NCBI GenBank assembly: GCA_964016885.1 | Contig: OZ024743.1 | Coordinates: 356,314,001 to 356,378,000, forward strand | Direction: 5' to 3' | DNA from: Eledone cirrhosa | Taxonomy: Eukaryota | Length of the DNA: 64,000 nucleotides | In this document: positions 1 to 11,789 of the stretch, piece by piece | Numbering within the stretch: position 1 is the first letter of the stretch | Layout of the letters: each line of letters opens with the position of its first letter | Notes under the pieces: generated by a model | The model's database searches: none | Told to the model about the DNA's origin: nothing | Seen by the model: the letters and a program-made list of their open reading frames with translations, nothing else | Translations under genes and position numbers: made by a program

Positions 1-2560
1 AGAGCATAAAGGTTTCTCTGTGGTCAGACGATAGACATAATTGGGGTTAGAGCATAAAGGTTTCTCTGTGGTCAGACAATAGACATAATTGGGGTTAGAG
101 CATAACGGTTTCTCTCTGGTCAGACGATAGACGTAATTGGGGTTAGAGCATAAAGGTTTCTCTGTGGTCAGACAATAGACATAATTGGGGTTAGAGCATA
201 AAGGTTTCTCTGTGGTCAGACGATAGACATAATTGGGGTTAGAGCATTAAGGTTTCTCTCTGGTCAGACGATAGACATAATTGGGGTTAGAGCATAAAGG
301 TTTCTCTGTGGTCAGACAATAGACATAATTGGGGTTAGAGCATAAAGGTTTCTCTGTGGTCAGACGATAGACATAATTGGGGTTAGAGCATAAAGGTTTC
401 TCTGTGGTCAGACGATAGACATAATTGGGGTTAGAGCATAAAGGTTTCTCTGTGGTCAGACAATAGTCATAATTGGGGTTAGAGCATAAAGGTTTCTCTG
501 TGGTCAGACGATAGACATAATTGGGGTTAGAGCATAAAGGTTTCTCTGTGGTCAGACAATAGACATAATTGGGGTTAGAGCATAAAGGTTTCTCTGTGGT
601 CAGACGATAGACATAATTGGGGTTAGAGCATAAAGGTTTCTCTGTGGTCAGACAATAGACATAATTGGGGTTAGAGCATAAAGGTTTCTTTGTGGTCAGA
701 CAATAGACATAATTGGGGTTAGAGCATAAATGTTTTTCTGTGGTCAGACAATAGACATAATTGGTGGTAGAGCATAAAGGTTTCTCTGTGGCCAGACAAT
801 AGACATAATTGGGGTTAGAGCATAAAGGTTTCTCTGTGGTCAGACGATAGACATAATTGGGGTTAGAGCATAAAGGTTTCTCTGTGGTCAGACAATAGAC
901 ATAATTGGGGTTAGAGCATAAAGGTTTCTTTGTGGTCAGACAATAGACATAATTGGGGTTAGAGCATAAAGGTTTTTCTGTGGTCAGACAATAGACATAA
1001 TTGGGGTTAGAGCATAAAGGTTTCTCTGTGGTCAGACAATAGACATAATTGGGGTTAGAGCATAAAGGTTTCTCTGTGGTCAGACGATAGACATAATTGG
1101 GGTTAGAGCATAAAGGTTTCTCTTTGGTCAGACAATAGACATAATTGGGGTTAGAGCATAAAGGTTTCTCTGTGGTCAGACAATAGACATAATTGGGGTT
1201 AGAGCATAAAGGTTTCTCTGTGGTCAGACGATAGACATAATTGGGGTTAGAGCATAAAGGTTTCTCTGTGGTCAGACAATAGACATAATTGGGGTTAGAG
1301 CATAAAGGTTTTTCTGTGGTCAGACAATAGACATAATTGGGGTTAGAGCATAAAGGTTTCTCTGTGGTCAGACAATAGACATAATTGGGGTTAGAGCATA
1401 AAGGTTTCTCTGTGGTCAGACGATAGACATAATTGGGGTTAGAGCATAAAGGTTTCTCTTTGGTCAGACAATAGACATAATTGGGGTTAGAGCATAAAGG
1501 TTTCTCTGTGGTCAGACAATAGACATAATTGGGGTTAGAGCATAAAGGTTTCTCTGTGGTCAGACGATAGACATAATTGGGGTTAGAGCATAAAGGTTTC
1601 TCTGTGGTCAGACGATAGACATAATTGGGGTTAGAGCATAAAGGTTTCTCTGTGGTCAGACAATAGACATAATTGGGGTTAGAGCATAAAGGTTTCTCTG
1701 TGGTCAGACAATAGACATAATTGGGGTTAGAGCATAAAGGTTTCTCTGTGGTCAGACGATAGACATAATTGGGGTTAGAGCATAAAGGTTTCTCTGTGGT
1801 CAGACAATAGACATAATTGGGGTTAGAGCATAAAGGTTTCTTTGTGGTCAGACAATAGACATAATTGGGGTTAGAGCATAAAGGTTTTTCTGTGGTCAGA
1901 CAATAGACATAATTGGGGTTAGAGCATAAAGGTTTCTCTGTGGTCAGACGATAGACATAATTGGGGTTAGAGCATAAAGGTTTCTCTTTGGTCAGACAAT
2001 AGACATAATTGGGGTTAGAGCATAAAGGTTTCTCTGTGGTCAGACAATAGACATAATTGGGGTTAGAGCATAAAGGTTTCTCTGTGGTCAGACGATAGAC
2101 ATAATTGGGGTTAGAGCATAAAGGTTTCTCTGTGGTCAGACGATAGACATAATTGGGGTTAGAGCATAAAGGTTTCTCTGTGGTCAGACAATAGACATAA
2201 TTGGGGTTAGAGCATAAAGGTTTCTCTGTGGTCAGACAATAGACATAATTGGGGTTAGAGCATAAAGGTTTCTCTGTGGTCAGACGATAGACATAATTGG
2301 GGTTTGAGCATAAAGGTTTCTCTGTGGCCAGACAATAGTCATAATTGGGGTTAGAGCATAAAGGTTTCTCTGTGGTCAGACGATAGACATAATTGGGGTT
2401 AGAGCATAAAGGTTTCTCTGTGGTCAGACAATAGACATAATTGGGGTTAGAGCATAAAGGTTTCTCTGTGGCCAGACAATAGACATAATTGGGGTTAGAG
2501 CATAAAGGTTTCTCTGTGGTCAGACGATAGACATAATTGGGGTTAGAGCATAAAGGTTTC

Positions 2561-5342
2561 CTGTGGTCAGACAATAGACATAATTGGGGTTAGAGCATAA
2601 AGGTTTCTCTGTGGTCAGACGATAGACATAATTGTGGTTAGATCATAAAGGTTTCTCTGTGGTCAGACGATAGACATAATTGGGGTTAGAGCATAAAGGT
2701 TTCTCTGTGGTCAGACAATAGACATAATTGGGGTTAGAGCATAAAGGTTTCTCTGTGGTCAGACGATAGACATAATTGGGGTTAGAGCATAAAGGTTTCT
2801 CTGTGGTCAGACAATAGACATAATTGGGGTTAGAGCATAAAGGTTTCTCTGTGGTCAGACAATAGACATAATTGGGGTTAGAGCATAAAGGTTTCTCTGT
2901 GGCCAGACAATAGACATAATTGGGGTTAGAGCATAAAGGTTTCTCTGTGGTCAGACAATAGACATAATTGGGGTTAGAGCATAAAGGTTTCTCTGTGGTC
3001 AGACAATAGACATAATTGGGTTTAGAGCATAAAGGTTTCTCTGTGGTCAGACGATAGACATAATTGGGGTTAGAGCATAAAGGTTTCTCTGTGGTCAGAC
3101 GATAGACATAATTGGGGTTAGAGCATAAAGGTTTCTCTGTGGTCAGACAATAGACATAATTGGGGTTAGAGTATAAAGGTTTCTCTGTGGTCAGACAATA
3201 GACAGAATTGGGGTTAGAGCATAAAGGTTTCTCTGTGGTCTGACGATAGACATAATTGGGGTTAGAGCATAAAGGTTTCTCTGTGGCCAGACAATAGACA
3301 TAATTGGGGTTAGAGCATAAAGGTTTCTCTGTGGTCAGACGATAGACATAATTGGGGTTAGAGCATAAAGGTTTCTCTGTGGTCAGACAATAGACATAAT
3401 TGGGGTTAGAGCATAAAGGTTTCTCTGTGGTCAGACAATAGACATAATTGGGGTTAGAGCATAAAGGTTTCTCTGTGGTCAGACAATAGACAGAATTGAG
3501 GTTAGAGCCTAAAGGTTTCTCTGTGGTAAGACGATAGACATAATTGGGGTTAGAGCATAAAGGTTTCTCTGTGGCCAGACAATAGACATAATTGGGGTTA
3601 GAGCATAAAGGTTTCTCTGTGGTCAGACGATAGACATAATTGGGGTTAGAGCATAAAGGTTTCTCTGTGGTCAGACAATAGACATAATTGGGGTTAGAGC
3701 ATAAAGGTTTCTCTGTGGCCAGACGATAGACATAATTGGGGTTAGAGCATAAAGGTTTCTCTGTGGTCAGACAATAGACATAATTGGGGTTAGAGCATAA
3801 AGGTTTCTCTGTGGTCAGACGATAGACATAATTGGGTTTAGAGCATAAAGGTTTCTCTGTGGTCAGACGATAGACATAATTGGGGTTAGAGCATAAAGGT
3901 TTCTCTGTGGTCAGACGATAGACATAATTGGGGTTAGAGCATAAAGGTTTCCTGTGGTCAGACAATAGACATAATTGGGGTTAGAGCATAAAGGTTTCTC
4001 TGTGGTCAGACGATAGACATAATTGTGGTTAGATCATAAAGGTTTCTCTGTGGTCAGACGATAGACATAATTGGGGTTAGAGCATAAAGGTTTCTCTGTG
4101 GTCAGACAATAGACATAATTGGGGTTAGAGCATAAAGGTTTCTCTGTGGTCAGACGATAGACATAATTGGGGTTAGAGCATAAAGGTTTCTCTGTGGTCA
4201 GACAATAGACATAATTGGGGTTAGAGCATAAAGGTTTCTCTGTGGTCAGACAATAGACATAATTGGGGTTAGAGCATAAAGGTTTCTCTGTGGCCAGACA
4301 ATAGACATAATTGGGGTTAGAGCATAAAGGTTTCTCTGTGGTCAGACAATAGACATAATTGGGGTTAGAGCATAAAGGTTTCTCTGTGGTCAGACAATAG
4401 ACATAATTGGGTTTAGAGCATAAAGGTTTCTCTGTGGTCAGACGATAGACATAATTGGGGTTAGAGCATAAAGGTTTCTCTGTGGTCAGACGATAGACAT
4501 AATTGGGGTTAGAGCATAAAGGTTTCTCTGTGGTCAGACAATAGACATAATTGGGGTTAGAGTATAAAGGTTTCTCTGTGGTCAGACAATAGACAGAATT
4601 GGGGTTAGAGCATAAAGGTTTCTCTGTGGTCTGACGATAGACATAATTGGGGTTAGAGCATAAAGGTTTCTCTGTGGCCAGACAATAGACATAATTGGGG
4701 TTAGAGCATAAAGGTTTCTCTGTGGTCAGACGATAGACATAATTGGGGTTAGAGCATAAAGGTTTCTCTGTGGTCAGACAATAGACATAATTGGGGTTAG
4801 AGCATAAAGGTTTCTCTGTGGTCAGACAATAGACATAATTGGGGTTAGAGCATAAAGGTTTCTCTGTGGTCAGACAATAGACAGAATTGAGGTTAGAGCC
4901 TAAAGGTTTCTCTGTGGTAAGACGATAGACATAATTGGGGTTAGAGCATAAAGGTTTCTCTGTGGCCAGACAATAGACATAATTGGGGTTAGAGCATAAA
5001 GGTTTCTCTGTGGTCAGACGATAGACATAATTGGGGTTAGAGCATAAAGGTTTCTCTGTGGTCAGACAATAGACATAATTGGGGTTAGAGCATAAAGGTT
5101 TCTCTGTGGCCAGACGATAGACATAATTGGGGTTAGAGCATAAAGGTTTCTCTGTGGTCAGACAATAGACATAATTGGGGTTAGAGCATAAAGGTTTCTC
5201 TGTGGTCAGACGATAGACATAATTGGGTTTAGAGCATAAAGGTTTCTCTGTGGTCAGACGATAGACATAATTGGGGTTAGAGCATAAAGGTTTCTCTGTG
5301 GTCAGACGATAGACATAATTGGGGTTAGAGCATAAAGGTTTC
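2561..5342. repeat. Tandem duplication of a 29-monomer block (1,391 bp, including a 1-bp deletion)
   Basis: Rare markers recur at offset 1391 = 29x48-1: GGTTTCCTG deletion 2561/3952, AGATCAT 2643/4034, AGTATAAA 3172/4563, CAGAATTGAGGTTAGAGCCT 3491/4882. Confidence 0.93.
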
Positions 5343-8300
5343 TCTCTGGTCAGACGATAGACATAATTGGGGTTAGAGCATAAAGGTTTCTCTGTGGTCA
5401 GACGATAGACATAATTGGGGTTAGAGCATAAAGGTTTCTCTGTGGTCAGACAATAGACATAATTGGGGTTAGAGCATAAAGGTTTCTCTGTTGTCAGACA
5501 ATAGACATAATTGGGGTTAGAGCATAAAGGTTTCTCTGTGGTCAGACGATAGACATAAATGGGGTTAGAGCATAAAGGTTTCTCTGTGGTCAGACGATAG
5601 ACATAATTGGGTTTAGAGCATAAAGGTTTCTCTGTGGTCAGACGATAGACATAATTGGGGTTAGAGCATAAAGGTTTCTCTGTGGTCAGACGATAGACAT
5701 AATTGGGGTTAGAGCATAAAGGTTTCTCTCTGGTCAGACGATAGACATAATTGGGGTTAGAGCATAAAGGTTTCTCTGTGGTCAGACAATAGACATAATT
5801 GGGGTTAGAGCATAAAGGTTTCTCTGTGGTCAGACAATAGACATAATTGGGGTTAGAGCATAAAGGTTTCTCTGTGGCCAGACAATAGACATAATTGGGG
5901 TTAGAGCATAAAGGTTTCTCTGTGGTCAGACGATAGACATAATTGGGGTTAGAGCGTAAAGGTTTCTCTGTGGTCAGACAATAGACATAATTGGGGTTAG
6001 AGCATAAAGGTTTCTCTGGGGCCAGACAAGAGACATAATTGGGGTTAGAGCATAAAGGATTCTCTGTGGTCAGACAATAGACATAATTGGGGTTAGAGCA
6101 TAAAGGTTTCTCTGTGGTCAGACAATAGACATAATTGGGGTTAGAGCATAAAGGTTTCTCTGTGGTCAGACGATAGACATAATTGGGGTTAGAGCATAAA
6201 GGTTTCTCTGTGGCCAGACGATAGACATAATTGGGGTTAGAGCATAAAGGTTTCTCTGTGGACAGACAATAGACATAATTGGGGTTAGAGCATAAAGGTT
6301 TCTCTGTGGTCAGACGATAGACATAATTGGGTTTAGAGCATAAAGGTTTCTCTGTGGTCAGACGATAGACATAATTGGGGTTAGAGCATAAAGGTTTCTC
6401 TGTGGTCAGACAATAGACATAATTGGGGTTAGAGCATAAAGGTTTCTCTGTGGTCAGACGATAGACATAATTGGGGTTAGAGCATAAAGGTTTCTCTTTG
6501 GTCAGACAATAGACATAATTGGGGTTAGAGCATAAAGGTTTCTCTGTGGTCAGACAATAGACATAATTGGGGTTTGAGCATAAAGGTTTCTCTGTGGCCA
6601 GACAATAGTCATAATTGGGGTTAGAGCATAAAGGTTTCTCTGTGGTCAGACGATAGACATAATTGGGGTTAGAGCATAAAGGTTTCTCTGTGGTCAGACA
6701 ATAGACATAATTGGGGTTAGAGCATAAAGGTTTCTCTGTGGCCAGACAATAGACATAATTGGGGTTAGAGCATAAAGGTTTCTCTGTGGTCAGACGATAG
6801 ACATAATTGGGGTTAGAGCATAAAGGTTTCCTTTGGTCAGACAATAGACATAATTGGGGTTAGAGCATAAAGGTTTCTCTGTGGTCAGACGATAGACATA
6901 ATTGTGGTTAGATCATAAAGGTTTCTCTGTGGTCAGACGATAGACATAATTGGGGTTAGAGCATAAAGGTTTCTCTGTGGTCAGACAATAGACATAATTG
7001 GGGTTAGAGCATAAAGGTTTCTCTGTGGTCAGACGATAGACATAATTGGGGTTAGAGCATAAAGGTTTCTCTGTGGTCAGACAATAGACATATTTGGGGT
7101 TAGAGCATAAAGGTTTCTCTGTGGTCAGACAATAGACATAATTGGGGTTAGAGCATAAAGGTTTCTCTGTGGCCAGACAATAGACATAATTGGGGTTAGA
7201 GCATAAAGGTTTCTCTGTGGTCAGACAATAGACATAATTGGGGTTAGAGCATAAAGGTTTCTCTGTGGTCAGACAATAGAGATAATTGGGTTTAGAGCAT
7301 AAAGGTTTCTCTGTGGTCAGACGATAGACATAATTGGGGTTAGAGCATAAAGGTTTCTCTGTGGTCAGACGATAGACATAATTGGGGTTAGAGCATAAAG
7401 GTTTCTCTCTGGTCAGACGATAGACATAAATGTGGTTAGAGCATAAAGGTTTCTCTGTGGTCAGACGATAGTAATAATTGGGGTTAGAGCATAAAGGTTT
7501 CTCTGTGGTCAGACAATAGACATAATTGGGGTTAGAGCATAAAGGTTTCTCTGTGGTCAGACAATAGACAGAATTGGGGTTAGAGCATAAAGGTTTCTCT
7601 GTGGTCAGACGATAGACATAATTGGGGTTAGAGCATAAAGGTTTCTCTGTGGCCAGACAATAGACATAATTGGGGTTAGAGCATAAAGGTTTCTCTGTGG
7701 TCAGACGATAGACATAATTGGGGTTAGAGCATAAAGGTTTCTCTGTGGTCAGACAATAGACATAATTGGGGTTAGAGCATAAAGGTTTCTCTGTGGTCAG
7801 ACAATAGACATAATTGGGGTTAGAGCATAAAGATTTCTCTGTGGCCAGACAGTAGACATAATTGGGGTTAGAGCATAAAGGTTTCTCTGTGGTCAGACGA
7901 TAGACATAATTGGGTTTAGAGCATAAAGGTTTCTCTGTGGTCAGACGATAGACATAATTGGGGTTAGAGCATAAAGGTTTCTCTGTGGTCAGACGATAGA
8001 CATAATTGGGGTTAGAGCATAAAGGTTTCTCTCTGGTCAGACGATAGACATAATTGGGGTTAGAGCATAAAGGTTTCTCTGTGGTCAGACGATAGACATA
8101 ATTGGGGTTAGAGCATAAAGGTTTCTCTGTGGTCAGACAATAGACATAATTGGGGTTAGAGCATAAAGGTTTCTCTGTTGTCAGACAATAGACATAATTG
8201 GGGTTAGAGCATAAAGGTTTCTCTGTGGTCAGACGATAGACATAAATGGGGTTAGAGCATAAAGGTTTCTCTGTGGTCAGACGATAGACATAATTGGGTT

Positions 8301-11300
8301 TAGAGCATAAAGGATTCTCTGTGGTCAGACGATAGACATAATTGGGGTTAGAGCATAAAGGTTTCTCTGTGGTCAGACGATAGACATAATTGGGGTTAGA
8401 GCATAAAGGTTTCTCTCTGGTCAGACGATAGACATAATTGGGGTTAGAGCATAAAGGTTTCTCTGTGGTCAGACGATAGACATAATTGGGGTTAGAGCAT
8501 AAAGGTTTCTCTGTGGTCAGACAATAGACATAATTGGGGTTAGAGCATAAAGGTTTCTCTGTGGTCAGACAATAGACATAATTGGGGTTAGAGCATAAAG
8601 GTTTCTCTGTGGTCAGACGATAGACATAATTGGGGTTAGAGCATAAAGGTTTCTCTGTGGCCAGACAATAGACATAATTGGGGTTAGAGCATAAAGGTTT
8701 CTCTGTGGTCAGACGATAGACATAATTGGGGTTAGAGCGTAAAGGTTTCTCTGTGGTCAGACAATAGACATAATTGGGGTTAGAGCATAAAGGTTTCTCT
8801 GTGGCCAGACAATAGACATAATTGGGGTTAGAGCATAAAGGATTCTCTGTGGTCAGACAATAGACATAATTGGGGTTAGAGCATAAAGGTTTCTCTGTGG
8901 TCAGACAATAGACATAATTGGGGTTAGAGCATAAAGGTTTCTCTGTGGTCAGACGATAGACATAATTGGGGTTAGAGCATAAAGGTTTCTCTGTGGCCAG
9001 ACGATAGACATAATTGGGGTTAGAGCATAAAGGTTTCTCTGTGGTCAGACAATAGACATAATTGGGGTTAGAGCATAAAGGTTTCTCTGTGGTCAGACGA
9101 TAGACATAATTGGGTTTAGAGCATAAAGGTTTCTCTGTGGTCAGACAATAGACATAATTGGGGTTAGAGCATAAAGGTTTCTCTGTGGTCAGACGATAGA
9201 CATAATTGGGGTTAGAGCATAAAGGTTTCTCTTTGGTCAGACAATAGACATAATTGGGGTTAGAGCATAAAGGTTTCTCTGTGGTCAGACAATAGACATA
9301 ATTGGGGTTAGAGCATAAAGGTTTCTCTGTGGTCAGACGATAGACATAATTGGGGTTAGAACATAAAGGTTTCTCTGTGGCCAGACGATAGACATAATTG
9401 GGGTTAGAGCATAAAGGTTTCTCTGTGGTCAGACGATAGACATAATTGGGGTTAGAGCATAAAGGTTTCTCTGTGGTCAGACGATAGACATAATTGGGTT
9501 TAGAGCATACAGCTTTCTCTGTGGTCAGACGATAGACATAATTGGGGTTAGAGCATAAAGGTTTCTCTGTGGCCAGACAATAGACATAATTGGGGTTAGA
9601 GCATAAAGGTTTCTCTGTGGTCAGACGATAGACATAATTGGGTTTAGAGCATAAAGGTTTCTCTGTGGTCAGACGATAGACATAATTGGGGTTAGAGCAT
9701 AAAGGTTTCTCTGTGGTCAGACGATAGACATGATTGGGGTTAGAGCATAAAGGTTTCTCTCTGGTCAGACAATAGACATAATTGGGGTTAGAGCATAAAG
9801 GTTTCTCTGTGGTCAGACGATAGACATAATTGGGTTTAGAGCATAAAGGTTTCTCTGTGGTCAGACGATAGACATAATTGGGGTTAGAGCATAAAGGTTT
9901 CTCTGTGGTCAGACGATAGACATGATTGGGGTTAGAGCATAAAGGTTTCTCTGTGGTCAGACAATAGACATAATTGGGGTTAGAGCATAAAGGTTTCTCT
10001 GTGGTCAGACGATAGACATAATTGGGGTTAGAGCATAAAGGTTTCTCTTTGGTCAGACAATAGACATAATTGGGGTTAGAGCATAAAGGTTTCTCTGTGG
10101 TCAGACGATAGACATAATTGGGTTTAGAGCATAAAGGTTTCTCTGTGGTCAGACGATAGACATAATTGGGGTTAGAGCATAAAGGTTTCTCTGTGGTCAG
10201 ACGATAGACATGATTGGGGTTAGAGCATAAAGGTTTCTCTCTGGTCAGACGATAGACATAATTGGGGTTAGAGCATAAAGGTTTCTCTGTGGTCAGACAA
10301 TAGACATAATTGGGGTTAGAGCATAAAGGTTTCTCTGTGGTCAGACGATAGACATAATTGGGGTTAGAACATAAAGGTTTCTCTGTGGCCAGACGATAGA
10401 CATAATTGGGGTTAGAGCATAAAGGTTTCTCTGTGGTCAGACGATAGACATAATTGGGGTTAGAGCATAAAGGTTTCTCTGTGGTCAGACGATAGACATA
10501 ATTGGGTTTAGAGCATACAGCTTTCTCTGTGGTCAGACGATAGACATAATTGGGGTTAGAGCATAAAGGTTTCTCTGTGGCCAGACAATAGACATAATTG
10601 GGGTTAGAGCATAAAGGTTTCTCTGTGGTCAGACGATAGACATAATTGGGTTTAGAGCATAAAGGTTTCTCTGTGGTCAGACGATAGACATAATTGGGGT
10701 TAGAGCATAAAGGCTTCTCTGTGGTCAGACGATAGACATGATTGGGGTTATTGCATAAAGGTTTCTCTCTGGTCAGACGATAGACATAATTGGGGTTAGA
10801 GCATAAAGGTTTCTCTGTGGTCAGACGATAGACATAATTGGGGTTAGAGCATAAAGGTTTCTCTGTGGTCAGACAATAGACATAATTGGGGTTAGAGCAT
10901 AAAGGTTTCTCTGTGGTCAGACAATAGACATAATTGGGGTTAGAGCATAAAGGTTTCTCTGTGGTCAGACGATAGACATAATTGGGGTTAGAGCATAAAG
11001 GTTTCTCTGTGGCCAGACAATAGACATAATTGGGGTTAGAGCATAAAGGTTTCTCTGTGGTCAGACGATAGACATAATTGGGTTTAGAGCATAAAGGTTT
11101 CTCTGTGGTCAGACGATAGACATAATTGGGGTTAGAGCATAAAGGTTTCTCTGTGGTCAGACGATAGACATAATTGGGGTTAGAGCATAAAGGTTTCTCT
11201 GTGGTCAGACGATAGACATAATTGGGGTTAGAGCATAAAGGTTTCTCTTTGGTCAGACAATAGACATAATTGGGGTTAGAGCATAACGGTTTCTCTGTGG

Positions 11301-11789
11301 TCAGACAATAGACATAATTGGGGTTAGAGCATAAAGGTTTCTCTGTGGTCAGACGATAGACATAATTGGGGTTAGAGCGTAAAGGTTTCTCTGTGGTCAG
11401 ACAATAGACATAATTGGGGTTAGAGCATAAAGGTTTCTCTGTGGCCAGACAATAGACATAATTGGGGTTAGAGCATAAAGGTTTCTCTGTGGTCAGACAA
11501 TAGACATATTTGGGGTTAGAGCATAAAGGTTTCTCTGTGGTCAGACAATAGACATAATTGGGGTTAGAGCATAAAGGTTTCTCTGTGGTCAGACGATAGA
11601 CATAATTGGGGTTAGAGCATAAAGGTTTCTCTGTGGCCAGACGATAGACATAATTGGGGTTAGAGCATAAAGGTTTCTCTGTGGTCAGACAATAGACATA
11701 ATTGGGGTTAGAGCATAAAGGTTTCTCTGTGGTCAGACGATAGACATAATTGGGTTTAGAGCATAAAGGTTTCTCTGTGGTCAGACGAT

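Noticed and set aside
1-48. TTEKPLC resembles the C2H2 zinc-finger linker TGEKP(Y/F)xC
   Set aside because: The unit is 16 aa rather than ~28 aa and has no CxxC or HxxxH; a 4-5 residue match is compatible with chance.
247-6844. Three minus-strand ORFs (775, 440 and 936 aa) as a gene cluster
   Set aside because: Starts are TTG codons brought into frame by the duplicated 1-bp deletion, and stops are point variants. They are fragments of the same repeat frame.
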